A stretch of DNA of 64,000 bases from SAR324 cluster bacterium (GTDB taxonomy: Bacteria; SAR324; XYD2-FULL-50-16; HCM1): NCBI GenBank assembly GCA_002995645.1, contig PUHO01000017.1, positions 918-64,917 on the forward strand, given 5' to 3'. Made by a program: the position numbers and the translations under genes. Of the stretch, positions 50,150 through 58,215 are shown piece after piece (position 1 is the stretch's first letter; each line of letters opens with the position of its first letter). The notes beneath the pieces are model-generated. The model saw only the letters and a program-made list of their open reading frames with translations, searched no databases and was not told the origin of the DNA.

Positions 50150-53100
50150 ATGGAATATATTCTTGGCATAGACATAGGAACGGCATCAGTAGGCATTGCC
50201 GCTTATGAACTAGATAATGATAAAGATAATAAGACAACAAAAAAATTATTACATTTAGATAGCTATATCTTTAAAGAACCAACAGAGCACGGACAATCTG
50301 GCTATGCTCTTAAAAATCAAACAAGACGGGAAAGAAGAATGGCGCGCCGTCAAACCCAGCGAACACAAAAGCGATATAAAAAAATATATTTATTTTGTAA
50401 ACAACATGGATTTTATGGCAAAGACGGCACAGATGATTGCCAACAAGACGTTATTACCTTACGTGCTAAAGCAGTCAGTGAAAAAATTCCTCTAGACGGA
50501 TTAGCAAAAGTTTTGCTTCATATGGCTAAAAATCGCGGGTATTACGGTGATTTTAAACGTGCTACAGACGGAACAGTCGCTAAGTCAATCCAAAAAGTAG
50601 AAGCAGAGATTCAAAACAAAGGCGTAAAGACGTTAGGGCAGTTATGGTATAAGCGCAGAGAAGACGCTAAGCAAGAACGTAAAGCATGGCGTAATATTGA
50701 GAAAACCGGAACTTATACAAGTCGTAAGATGACAGAAGAAGAGTTCAACTTAATTTTGCAAGAACAACAAAAACACCACCCTATTCTTAACGATAATATT
50801 AAGATTGTTAACCCTTGTATTTTTCACGACCTTTATAAAGCCGGCGAGTCTGTTCCTATGGCAGACGTGTTAGCGCATATTTTACTATACCAACGTCCTT
50901 TAAAATGGGATACAGAAACAATAGGTAAATGTCCTTTTCATGAAGATGAGCTACGCGTTTCACGTGCTTCGCCAATTTTCCAAGCGTTTCGTTTAGAACA
51001 AACGTTAGCTAATTTACGTTATAAAGAACTTAATTCTAAAAATGAAGATAAACAAAAAGCGTCTTCTTGGCAGCACTTTTCAGCAGAACAGTTACATGCA
51101 TTGCGACTTTTATTAAATCAGCAAAAAGAAGCTTCATGGAGTAAAGTATATGCTACGCTTAAACTAGATGACAAAGAAGTTAAAATTAATTTTGATCGTC
51201 GTCCTTCAGAAGATAAACCTTTATCAGGAAACGTAACGAATTACAATATGAAAACTTTAAAGCTTACTGATAAATGGGAAGCTTTAAACGAACAAGATAA
51301 AGAACTTGCAATGGCAATTGTTGCTAATATAAGCGATCCGGAAGCGTTAATATTGCCTGAAATGGTAGATTGTGAAAATCTAGAAGAGCTTGTACTTGAA
51401 GGTAGCGAGAAATACAGCTTGCCAATAGCTAACCTAGAACAGGTTATGACTTTTATACAAGCTATAGCTAATCATAAGAAATTAGGGACAGTTACGCAAA
51501 TGGGCTTTACTGCTGGACGTGCATCGTATGGTCATACAACATTGAAAGAACTTATTGCTCTTATGCAAGACGGTTTAGCTCCTGATGAAGCGACCGAGGC
51601 ATTACGTAAAAAATATAATAAAAGTGTTAAACAAGACGCCCATTTAGAATTATTAGACCCGCTTGCTCAATACTTACAAGGCGATGATTTACGCAATCCT
51701 GTTGTCAAAAAATCATTAGAAGAGTTTCGTGTTAGCTTTAATCATGCTATTCGCAAATGTAACAAACAAGGAGGCAAATTAACGCGTGTAGTTATAGAAA
51801 TGAGTCGTGATATGAAGCAATCTATTAGCGATCGTAGCGAAGATGAAAGGGAAATGGGTAAACGTCGCGCTATGAATCAAAGGATTTTGAAAGAGCTAGA
51901 AAAACACGGGCGAGCACTAGTAGGGAAGACTGATATTTTACGATATAGATTATATACAGAGCAATGGCATCAGTGTGCGTATTGTGGGAAAAAATTCGGT
52001 TTAAATGAAATCTTTGGTTATAATGCAGAAATAGATCACATTATCCCCCGTTCTAAAGGCGGAACAAATAGACAATTTAACTTAGCTTTAGTTTGTCGTG
52101 AATGTAATCAGAAAAAAACGAATCTTACACCTTTTCAAGCTTATGAATCGCATATTTTTTCTGATTCTCAGTGGGCTAGTATTATGAGTCTAGCTAAATC
52201 TTGGATTCCAGACGATAAACATACGCAACTAGAAGAAGATAAGTATAAAGCTAAGAAAGGAAAAAATTACGATAATCAAATGCGCGCTATTTTATTAGTG
52301 AGTAAAAAAATACCGGAAGAACGAACTAATACGTTTAATGATTCGCAAAATCAAGAAACTGCATGGGTAGGTCGTATAGTACGTGATTGGGTAGGAACGG
52401 TATGTGAAGACGTTCGTGTAACAAGAGGAAGTATTACAGCTCATTTGCGGCAAATATGGGGTGTAGATCAAATTTTGCCTGAGTTACGTAGACAAGAAGG
52501 AAAACCGCTTTTGAATGAAGATAAAGGATTAATTACAGAACAAGAATATAAAGCGTTTATATCTAAACGAGATGAGGTAACAAAACAAGAATTAGAAACA
52601 CGTCATTATTTACATAAGTTTGATAAACGGTGCGATCAACGTCATCATGCTATTGATGCGGCTGTCATTGCACAATCTACTACTTCTATTTTGCAACGAG
52701 CCACCGATCATCGTAAAAAATATGATTCGCTTTGGAAAACGACTCTTTATTTTCCAGCTAGTTATTATAATGCTCATAAAGATGAATATAAAGCTTATCG
52801 CGAAGATTATTTTACAAGTAAAGCCGGTAAGCAATGGGTAAAGATAAAAGTGGAAAAATTTAATCCCGGGAAGCCTCATAATAATTTTGTACTCAATTTG
52901 AAACAGGCTTTACTTCATTATACAGTATGGTCAAAGCCGGATCGCTTTGCGTCAGGTAGCTTTTTTCAAGAAAATCCATCAGGTTACCGTACGTTTAATG
53001 ATGAGCCGGCATTAACGCAGCGTATTACATTACGTGATCTATATGATAAATGTTGTAAAATGAAAGCTAAACAAAAAGATATAGAATCAGATCAAGATAT

Positions 53101-53866
53101 TACTGAAAATCATTTGAAAGTTTTCTTTCATTATATTATTGGTGATAATTTACGTACTTACTTAATCGGTAAAGTTAAAGAACGATTAAACGAAGGTATG
53201 AGTTTTCAAGAAGCTTTACTAGGTAAAGGCGTCTCATTAGAAGAAAATACAGACGGAACAGATGAAGATAAAATAGAATCCTTTCTTCCAGACGGTAGGC
53301 AAGACGGAATTTATTTTCCAGAAAATACGCAAAATCGTTTACATAAACTATATTATTGGCAAGGTAATTATAATCCTATACAGCATAAAAGCGTTATATA
53401 TGGTGAGAAAGAAAAACAACGAGCTATATGGGTTGCTAATAATTATGCAGCATTAAAAGCTAACGTAGAAACAAAATCATGGAAGTTTATTTCCCAAGCT
53501 GATTTTGAACAAGAAGTATATCAATATGAATCACCAAATAAAGATAGTAAACAAAAACGTGTTTATAAAGGAGGTACGTTTAAGCAAAACGAAATTATTT
53601 TTTTCAAAAGTCAAATGATTTTTCATACTGAAAGTAAACAATTTTATATTATTACAGGGTTAAATAGAGCGCATAATTATATAGAAGCTATTCTTACTAA
53701 TGAAGATTATTCTGCCTTTAGTAAAGCAATAGCACAAACAGGCTATGTACATACAAAAAATAAGCGTGCTGGTGTTACTTTTACTAAGTCAGTTATTCCA
53801 ATTCTTATCCCTGTTCACTCAAGGGAAGATATGGTTCGTATAAAAAAAGAATACGGTATAGCATAA
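50150..53866 (+). CDS. cas9: CRISPR-associated endonuclease Cas9 (type II; II-C-like gene content)
   Basis: 1238 aa. Contains RuvC-I ILGIDIGTASVGIA, the arginine-rich bridge helix RRERRMARRQTQRTQKR and RuvC-II VVIEMSRD. Also HNH EIDHIIPRSKGGTNRQFNLALVCRECNQKK and RuvC-III RHHAIDAAVIA. Followed by cas1 and cas2 only. Confidence 0.95.
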   Translation: MEYILGIDIGTASVGIAAYELDNDKDNKTTKKLLHLDSYIFKEPTEHGQSGYALKNQTRRERRMARRQTQRTQKRYKKIYLFCKQHGFYGKDGTDDCQQDVITLRAKAVSEKIPLDGLAKVLLHMAKNRGYYGDFKRATDGTVAKSIQKVEAEIQNKGVKTLGQLWYKRREDAKQERKAWRNIEKTGTYTSRKMTEEEFNLILQEQQKHHPILNDNIKIVNPCIFHDLYKAGESVPMADVLAHILLYQRPLKWDTETIGKCPFHEDELRVSRASPIFQAFRLEQTLANLRYKELNSKNEDKQKASSWQHFSAEQLHALRLLLNQQKEASWSKVYATLKLDDKEVKINFDRRPSEDKPLSGNVTNYNMKTLKLTDKWEALNEQDKELAMAIVANISDPEALILPEMVDCENLEELVLEGSEKYSLPIANLEQVMTFIQAIANHKKLGTVTQMGFTAGRASYGHTTLKELIALMQDGLAPDEATEALRKKYNKSVKQDAHLELLDPLAQYLQGDDLRNPVVKKSLEEFRVSFNHAIRKCNKQGGKLTRVVIEMSRDMKQSISDRSEDEREMGKRRAMNQRILKELEKHGRALVGKTDILRYRLYTEQWHQCAYCGKKFGLNEIFGYNAEIDHIIPRSKGGTNRQFNLALVCRECNQKKTNLTPFQAYESHIFSDSQWASIMSLAKSWIPDDKHTQLEEDKYKAKKGKNYDNQMRAILLVSKKIPEERTNTFNDSQNQETAWVGRIVRDWVGTVCEDVRVTRGSITAHLRQIWGVDQILPELRRQEGKPLLNEDKGLITEQEYKAFISKRDEVTKQELETRHYLHKFDKRCDQRHHAIDAAVIAQSTTSILQRATDHRKKYDSLWKTTLYFPASYYNAHKDEYKAYREDYFTSKAGKQWVKIKVEKFNPGKPHNNFVLNLKQALLHYTVWSKPDRFASGSFFQENPSGYRTFNDEPALTQRITLRDLYDKCCKMKAKQKDIESDQDITENHLKVFFHYIIGDNLRTYLIGKVKERLNEGMSFQEALLGKGVSLEENTDGTDEDKIESFLPDGRQDGIYFPENTQNRLHKLYYWQGNYNPIQHKSVIYGEKEKQRAIWVANNYAALKANVETKSWKFISQADFEQEVYQYESPNKDSKQKRVYKGGTFKQNEIIFFKSQMIFHTESKQFYIITGLNRAHNYIEAILTNEDYSAFSKAIAQTGYVHTKNKRAGVTFTKSVIPILIPVHSREDMVRIKKEYGIA

Positions 53867-53954
53867 TAAAATTATGGCAAACAATCATATTATTACTTTA
53901 TCTTCTCCAGCTTATATACATGTTGATTTAAAACCTGTTGTTATTGAAAATAAA
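53722..53954. repeat. left 233-bp direct repeat (cas9 3' end + 7-nt spacer + first 27 codons of cas1)
   Basis: Aligns colinearly, without indels, to 56307..56539 (offset 2585 bp). I counted about 20 mismatches by hand. Confidence 0.9.
53874..53954 (+). pseudogene. orphan 5' fragment of cas1 (27 codons)
   Basis: MANNHIITLSSPAYIHVDLKPVVIENK compared with the genuine Cas1 N-terminus MANDHIITLSSPAYIHVDSKRVVIENK (56459..). Beyond this it runs into unrelated cassette sequence and stops after 46 codons. Confidence 0.85.
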
Positions 53955-54003
53955 AATAATTATAAGACTACTTATAACGAAAGAATGGAAAAAGGAATGT
54001 TCT

Positions 54004-55506
54004 ATGAAGATTAATGTAAATAATACAAAAAAAATAGTTTTTTCAGAAAAAGAGGCTATCGATATATTTCAAATGTTAAATCCCTATTTTGAAGACAATG
54101 AGAAATTTTTATTAGAATCTTTAAGTGGACCAAAAAAAGATTGTAAAAGTTCTATAATAGGGCTTTCTCCTATTTTAAACCTTAGAGTTTCAAATAAGAA
54201 AATATATATTTCTTCTACATATCTGTTAGATAGTATAAAAAAACAATTAGAAGAAAAGGTTGAAATCAAAGAAAAAGGAGAAGAACTACAAATAGCAATA
54301 CAAAATATTCAAGAACTTTACTTTACAATGAAAGAAATAGAGAATATTTTTATTCAAAAAAAACAAATAAAAGGTTTAGAGTCATTAGGTTGGTTTGGTT
54401 ATTTTGGTTATGATACTATTTTTTATATAGAAAATATCAAACAAAGTATTCCAAGAGATTGTGAGATCCCAGAAATAGAACTTTCAATTTATAGTACGAT
54501 TCTCAATTTTGATATAAAAACTAAAAAAGTAGAACTTTATCATAGTTCAATTAAGGAAGTAAATAATGATAAAAATATTAATTTAATTGAAAAAATATTG
54601 GTAGATGAAAAAAAGGAAATTGTTGATACAATTTCAAATGAAAAATTCAAATTTAATGTCACGCCAACAGTAAATAAAGAAAAATACAAAGAATGGTTTA
54701 AGAAAGTTAAACATCATATAGATATTGGGGATATCTATCAAATCCAAATAGGTCATGCACTAAAGATAAAAAGCAATAAACCGCCTTATCTTACCTATTT
54801 AGATATGAGAGAAAAAAATCCTTCTCCTTATATGTATTTCTTTACAACAAACACAGGTTTAACTTTAATAGGAGCTAGTCCTGAAGTTTTTATTAATATT
54901 GATAATGACAAAAAACTAGTTATGAGACCTATTGCAGGGACTATAAAAAAAGGAAATTCTCAAATTGAAACTGAAAATAATAGAAAAACATTATTAAGTG
55001 ATGAAAAAGAAAAAGCTGAACATTTAATGCTTGTAGATTTATGTAGAAACGATATTGCAAGATGTTGCATTCCTCAAACGCTAAACGTTGATGAGCTTAT
55101 GATTTTAGAAGAATATTCTCACGTCATTCATATTGTTTCTGATATTCATGGAACAGTAGAAACAAATTTAACTAAATATGATGTTATTTCAAATACTTTT
55201 CCAGCAGGAACGATGACAGGAACGCCTAAAGTAAGAGCTATTGAGTTAATAGAAGAAACTGAAAACTTAGAAAGAGGCACTTATGCAGGAACAATCGGAT
55301 TTTTTGGATTTAATGATTTTGTAATTTCAGCCCTTTGTATAAGAACTGCTAGTTATAGAGATAAAGAGTATTCTATCAGAGCATCTGGAGGAATTGTAGA
55401 AGACTCTACGGCTCTTGGAGAATGGCAAGAAACGATTAGTAAACTAAGTTCACCGTATTTAGCTATAACAGGGAGGGAGTTAAGAAATGAAGATTTTATT
55501 AATTGA
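54004..55506 (+). CDS. anthranilate synthase component I-like chorismate-utilising enzyme (TrpE family; a PabB role not excluded)
   Basis: ORF 53938..55506. I prefer ATG 54004 (MKINVNN..., AAAGGAA upstream), giving 500 aa. TrpE-type motifs: FLLESLSG, NPSPYMYFF..GASPE, RPIAGT (Ala, not the Lys of E. coli-type PabB), LMLVDLCRND, PAGTMTGTPKVRA and GGIVEDS. Confidence 0.85.
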   Translation: MKINVNNTKKIVFSEKEAIDIFQMLNPYFEDNEKFLLESLSGPKKDCKSSIIGLSPILNLRVSNKKIYISSTYLLDSIKKQLEEKVEIKEKGEELQIAIQNIQELYFTMKEIENIFIQKKQIKGLESLGWFGYFGYDTIFYIENIKQSIPRDCEIPEIELSIYSTILNFDIKTKKVELYHSSIKEVNNDKNINLIEKILVDEKKEIVDTISNEKFKFNVTPTVNKEKYKEWFKKVKHHIDIGDIYQIQIGHALKIKSNKPPYLTYLDMREKNPSPYMYFFTTNTGLTLIGASPEVFINIDNDKKLVMRPIAGTIKKGNSQIETENNRKTLLSDEKEKAEHLMLVDLCRNDIARCCIPQTLNVDELMILEEYSHVIHIVSDIHGTVETNLTKYDVISNTFPAGTMTGTPKVRAIELIEETENLERGTYAGTIGFFGFNDFVISALCIRTASYRDKEYSIRASGGIVEDSTALGEWQETISKLSSPYLAITGRELRNEDFIN

Positions 55507-56065
55507 TTCATATGATAGTTTTGTTTATATCATAAAAAATTATATAGAACGTTTAGGTCACGAAACTCATATTGTAAGGAATGATAAAGTTAAATTAGAA
55601 ACGTTACATCAATATAATTTAATTATATTAGGTCCGGGTCCGGGGCATCCTCTTGAATGTGGCTATCTTGAAATTATAAAAAAAGTTGAAGGGGAAATTC
55701 CTATTTTAGGTGTTTGCTTAGGTCTACAAGCTATTGGTTGTTATTATGGTTCTAAAGTTGTTAGAGCCGAAAAAAGACTCCACGGAAAAACTAGTTTAAT
55801 AAAAAATGATCAAAAAGGATGTTTTAAAAACTTGCCTTCTATTTATGAAGTGGCAAGATATCATTCTTTAATTATTGAAAAAATAGAACCTAATCAAGAA
55901 ATTATATGTAGTGCTACCTCTGTAAATGATAATTATATTATGGGGGTAAGGCATAAAACACATAGCATCGAAGGTGTTCAGTTCCATCCGGAAAGTATAA
56001 AAAGTAATTATGGATTACAACTTATAGAGAATTTTATAGAAAATTCAAAAAAAGGGAGTCTTTAA
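55487..56065 (+). CDS. class I glutamine amidotransferase, TrpG/PabA type (anthranilate synthase component II-like)
   Basis: 192 aa that overlaps the upstream gene by 20 nt. Contains LLIDSYDSF, the nucleophile block GVCLGLQAI and the HPES histidine block (GVQFHPESI). Confidence 0.9.
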   Translation: MKILLIDSYDSFVYIIKNYIERLGHETHIVRNDKVKLETLHQYNLIILGPGPGHPLECGYLEIIKKVEGEIPILGVCLGLQAIGCYYGSKVVRAEKRLHGKTSLIKNDQKGCFKNLPSIYEVARYHSLIIEKIEPNQEIICSATSVNDNYIMGVRHKTHSIEGVQFHPESIKSNYGLQLIENFIENSKKGSL

Positions 56066-56094
56066 TAATTATTATTAAAAATAAGAACTATAGA

Positions 56095-56451
56095 ATGTTA
56101 CTTGGATTTTTAGCATGTTTATTATGGTCAACAGGATTTGTTGGTGTTAAGTTTAGATTAAAATACATAGATTCTCCTTTACTTTTTGCAGGAGAAAGAT
56201 TTTTTCTAGCAGGTCTTTTTATTGCTCCCTTTTGTTGGGGAAAAGATTTTAAAATTATTATGTATATGACTATATTTAATACAATTTTAGGTTATTTTGC
56301 TTATGCTAAAGCAACAGCACAAACAGGCTATATACATACAAAAAATAAACGTGCCGGTACTACATTTAAACAATCAATCATTCCAGTTCTTATCCCTGTT
56401 CACGCAAGGGAAGATATGGTTCGTATAAAAAAAGAATACAGTATAGCATAA
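56095..56451 (+). pseudogene. chimeric remnant: internally deleted EamA/DMT-transporter fragment fused in frame to a duplicated Cas9 C-terminal tail
   Basis: The first about 70 aa (MLLGFLACLLWSTGFVGVKF...RFFLAGLFIAPF...IFNTILGYFAYAKA) look like pieces of an EamA transporter that would normally be about 290 aa. The last 44 aa (AQTGYIHTKNKRAGTTFKQSIIPVLIPVHAREDMVRIKKEYSIA) parallel the Cas9 C-terminus. Confidence 0.75.
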
Positions 56452-56539
56452 TAAAATTATGGCAAACGATCATATTATTACTTTATCTTCTCCAGCTTAT
56501 ATACATGTTGATTCAAAACGTGTTGTTATTGAAAATAAA
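56307..56539. repeat. right 233-bp direct repeat (duplicated cas9 3' end + 7-nt spacer + genuine cas1 start)
   Basis: Partner of 53722..53954; see that feature. Confidence 0.9.
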
Positions 56540-57427
56540 GGTAAAGACCCCATGTTTTTTGCACCTCATGATATTGCCGTGCTTATTCTCGATCATCCGG
56601 CTCTTGTGTTAACACATGAAGTTTTTCGTGTATTAGCAGAAAGTAATGCTATTGTTCTATCTTGTACACGTGAACATTTGCCTGATACTATGACTATTCC
56701 CTTGTTTAAGAATAAGCAGGGAGCACGTAATGCATTTTATCAAATTAAAGCAATGAAAAACGGCGTTTATAAAAAAGCGTGGCAACAAATAATCCAATCT
56801 AAATTATACGGACAGGTTTATTGTGCAGAAAAGCTTGCGTTACCTAATTTATATTATTTGTATGATCGTGCCAAAAAAGTTACGCTTGATAATGCTTATG
56901 AACAAGAGGCATTTGCCGCAAAACTGTATTGGCAAGCTATATTTAAACAAATTGAAGGAGCTGATCGCCGTTATAAACAAGGAGCAGAAGATATTATTAA
57001 TACAAGCTTGAATTATGGTTATGCTGTTGTTCGTGCTATGGTTGCAAGAAGCCTTTGTGCGCACGGTTTAGTGTTAAACTATGGTGTCGGTCATATACGT
57101 AAAGATAATCCTTTTAATTTAGTAGAAGATTTTATTGAACCCTATCGCTTTCTTGTTGATTCAATTGTGCTTCCTGGTATTATACAAGGTAAGATAGTCG
57201 GCGATGAGCTTTCTCCTATAACGAAAAGATATATTTTATCTCAAATTGTAGAGTTTCAGCCTGTTTTAGGAAAGGCAACTTATCGCCTTTTACATGGGAT
57301 AGATAAAACTATTACTAGCTTTTGTAAGCTATTAGAAGTAGGTCGCGGTCAAATTGAATTGCCAAACAAACCGCAAAAAGGAAGACCAAGTAAAACCTTT
57401 CCTACTTTGAAGCATACAGTTGTATGA
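56459..57427 (+). CDS. cas1: CRISPR-associated endonuclease Cas1 (type II)
   Basis: 322 aa. Cas1 blocks SLNYGYAVVRA, GVGHI and LVEDFIEPYR (metal-binding His/Glu/Asp) are intact. Its stop overlaps the cas2 start (ATGA). Confidence 0.9.
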   Translation: MANDHIITLSSPAYIHVDSKRVVIENKGKDPMFFAPHDIAVLILDHPALVLTHEVFRVLAESNAIVLSCTREHLPDTMTIPLFKNKQGARNAFYQIKAMKNGVYKKAWQQIIQSKLYGQVYCAEKLALPNLYYLYDRAKKVTLDNAYEQEAFAAKLYWQAIFKQIEGADRRYKQGAEDIINTSLNYGYAVVRAMVARSLCAHGLVLNYGVGHIRKDNPFNLVEDFIEPYRFLVDSIVLPGIIQGKIVGDELSPITKRYILSQIVEFQPVLGKATYRLLHGIDKTITSFCKLLEVGRGQIELPNKPQKGRPSKTFPTLKHTVV

Positions 57428-58011
57428 AAACAAGTTTCAAAATTATGTGGGTTCTTGCAACTTTTGATTTACCTGTAAAAACGAAACTAGAACGTAAACG
57501 TTATATGCGTTTTCGTAAACAACTTCTTGCAGAGAACTATTTACACTTACAGTTTTCTGTATACTTAAAGCACTTTCCTACGTTTCATGCTGCTCAATCT
57601 AATGTTACTAGATTAAAACATAGTATCCCACCAAATGGAAAAGTATGCTTTTTTTATCTTACAGATAAGCAATATAGCATGACGGCAAATTACTACGGAC
57701 CTTATATACAAAGGGAAGCTTTGCCTCAAAAGTTAACGCAAGCTCTTTTCTTTGATAATGAACAAATAACAATGGACGGAGCATTAGAAGAGGACGTAAC
57801 GAAAGTTACTAATGAAATGGAGCAAAAGTTTTCTATAGAGCAAGTAATTGGAGAAAGTGAAGAAGAAAGTAATATAGAGCAACAAGTAACGTTAACTGAA
57901 TTATGGGATCAAAACGAGGTAGAGCCTGTTACTATACAAAGTACGCAAAAGAAAAAGAGAAACAAAAAGCGATTGTCTCATCAAAGCACAAATCAGCAAA
58001 TAAAATTTTAG
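57424..58011 (+). CDS. cas2: CRISPR-associated endoribonuclease Cas2 with an about 95-aa C-terminal extension
   Basis: The N-terminal about 100 aa are type II Cas2-like (MWVLATFDLPVKTKLERKRYMRFRKQLLAENYLHLQFSVYLKH...GKVCFFYLTDKQY). The tail is acidic and ends with a basic KKKRNKKR patch. Confidence 0.85.
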   Translation: MKTSFKIMWVLATFDLPVKTKLERKRYMRFRKQLLAENYLHLQFSVYLKHFPTFHAAQSNVTRLKHSIPPNGKVCFFYLTDKQYSMTANYYGPYIQREALPQKLTQALFFDNEQITMDGALEEDVTKVTNEMEQKFSIEQVIGESEEESNIEQQVTLTELWDQNEVEPVTIQSTQKKKRNKKRLSHQSTNQQIKF

Positions 58012-58030
58012 TATATGACTAAAGGTAGTA

Positions 58031-58170
58031 TATAAAATAAAAGACTCCATTTACAGAAGCCTTTTATTTTTAGATTGTAATGATATGAAATATCTTATCT
58101 ACAGAGTAAGCTTACGCTATCTCCTTATTACCGAAGGCGTGTTTTCTTAAATAGTATATAAGTATAGTAC
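58031..58170 (-). ncRNA. tracrRNA-like unit, copy 1 (cas2-proximal)
   Basis: The minus strand reads ...ACUAUUUAAGAAAACACGCCUUCGGUAAUAAGGAGAUAGCGUAAGCUUACUCUGUAGAUAAGAUAUUUCAUAUCAUUACAAUCUAAAAAUAAAAGGCUUC-UGUAAAU-GGAGUCUUUUAUUUUAUA. Its 5' part is complementary to the minus-sense repeat GUUCCGAUUGUGCUUUCUUAAAUAGU, with an internal loop. AAUAAGG follows the anti-repeat, as in known tracrRNAs. The terminal hairpin works with G-U pairs only on the minus strand. Ends are approximate. Confidence 0.5.
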
Positions 58171-58215
58171 TATATTTATCAAATAAAAGATAATTTTATA
58201 GTAGGAAATATTTTA

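Noticed and set aside
53938-54003. TTG-initiated 22-codon extension of the TrpE-like ORF
   Set aside because: It starts inside the orphan cas1 fragment and direct repeat, and has no RBS. ATG 54004 has an AAAGGAA RBS and gives a normal TrpE N-terminus.
53955-56306. Searched the cassette and its borders for a transposase, integrase, inverted repeats or short target-site duplications that would make it a classical mobile element
   Set aside because: None seen. The only boundary structure is the 233-bp direct repeat of the cas9|cas1 junction, so I did not annotate a mobile_element.
50150-58011. Considered classifying the locus as type II-A or II-B
   Set aside because: No csn2-like or cas4-like ORF lies between cas9 and the array or upstream of cas9 in this window. 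The repeat and tracr features resemble II-C. A gene beyond the far end of the array cannot be excluded.
58172-58196. Possible tracr-L- or scaRNA-like targeting of the cas9 promoter: an 8-mer (AAAGATAA) shared between the region upstream of tracr copy 1 and 50121-50135
   Set aside because: An 8-nt A/T-rich match is expected by chance in this genome. No extended complementarity was seen.
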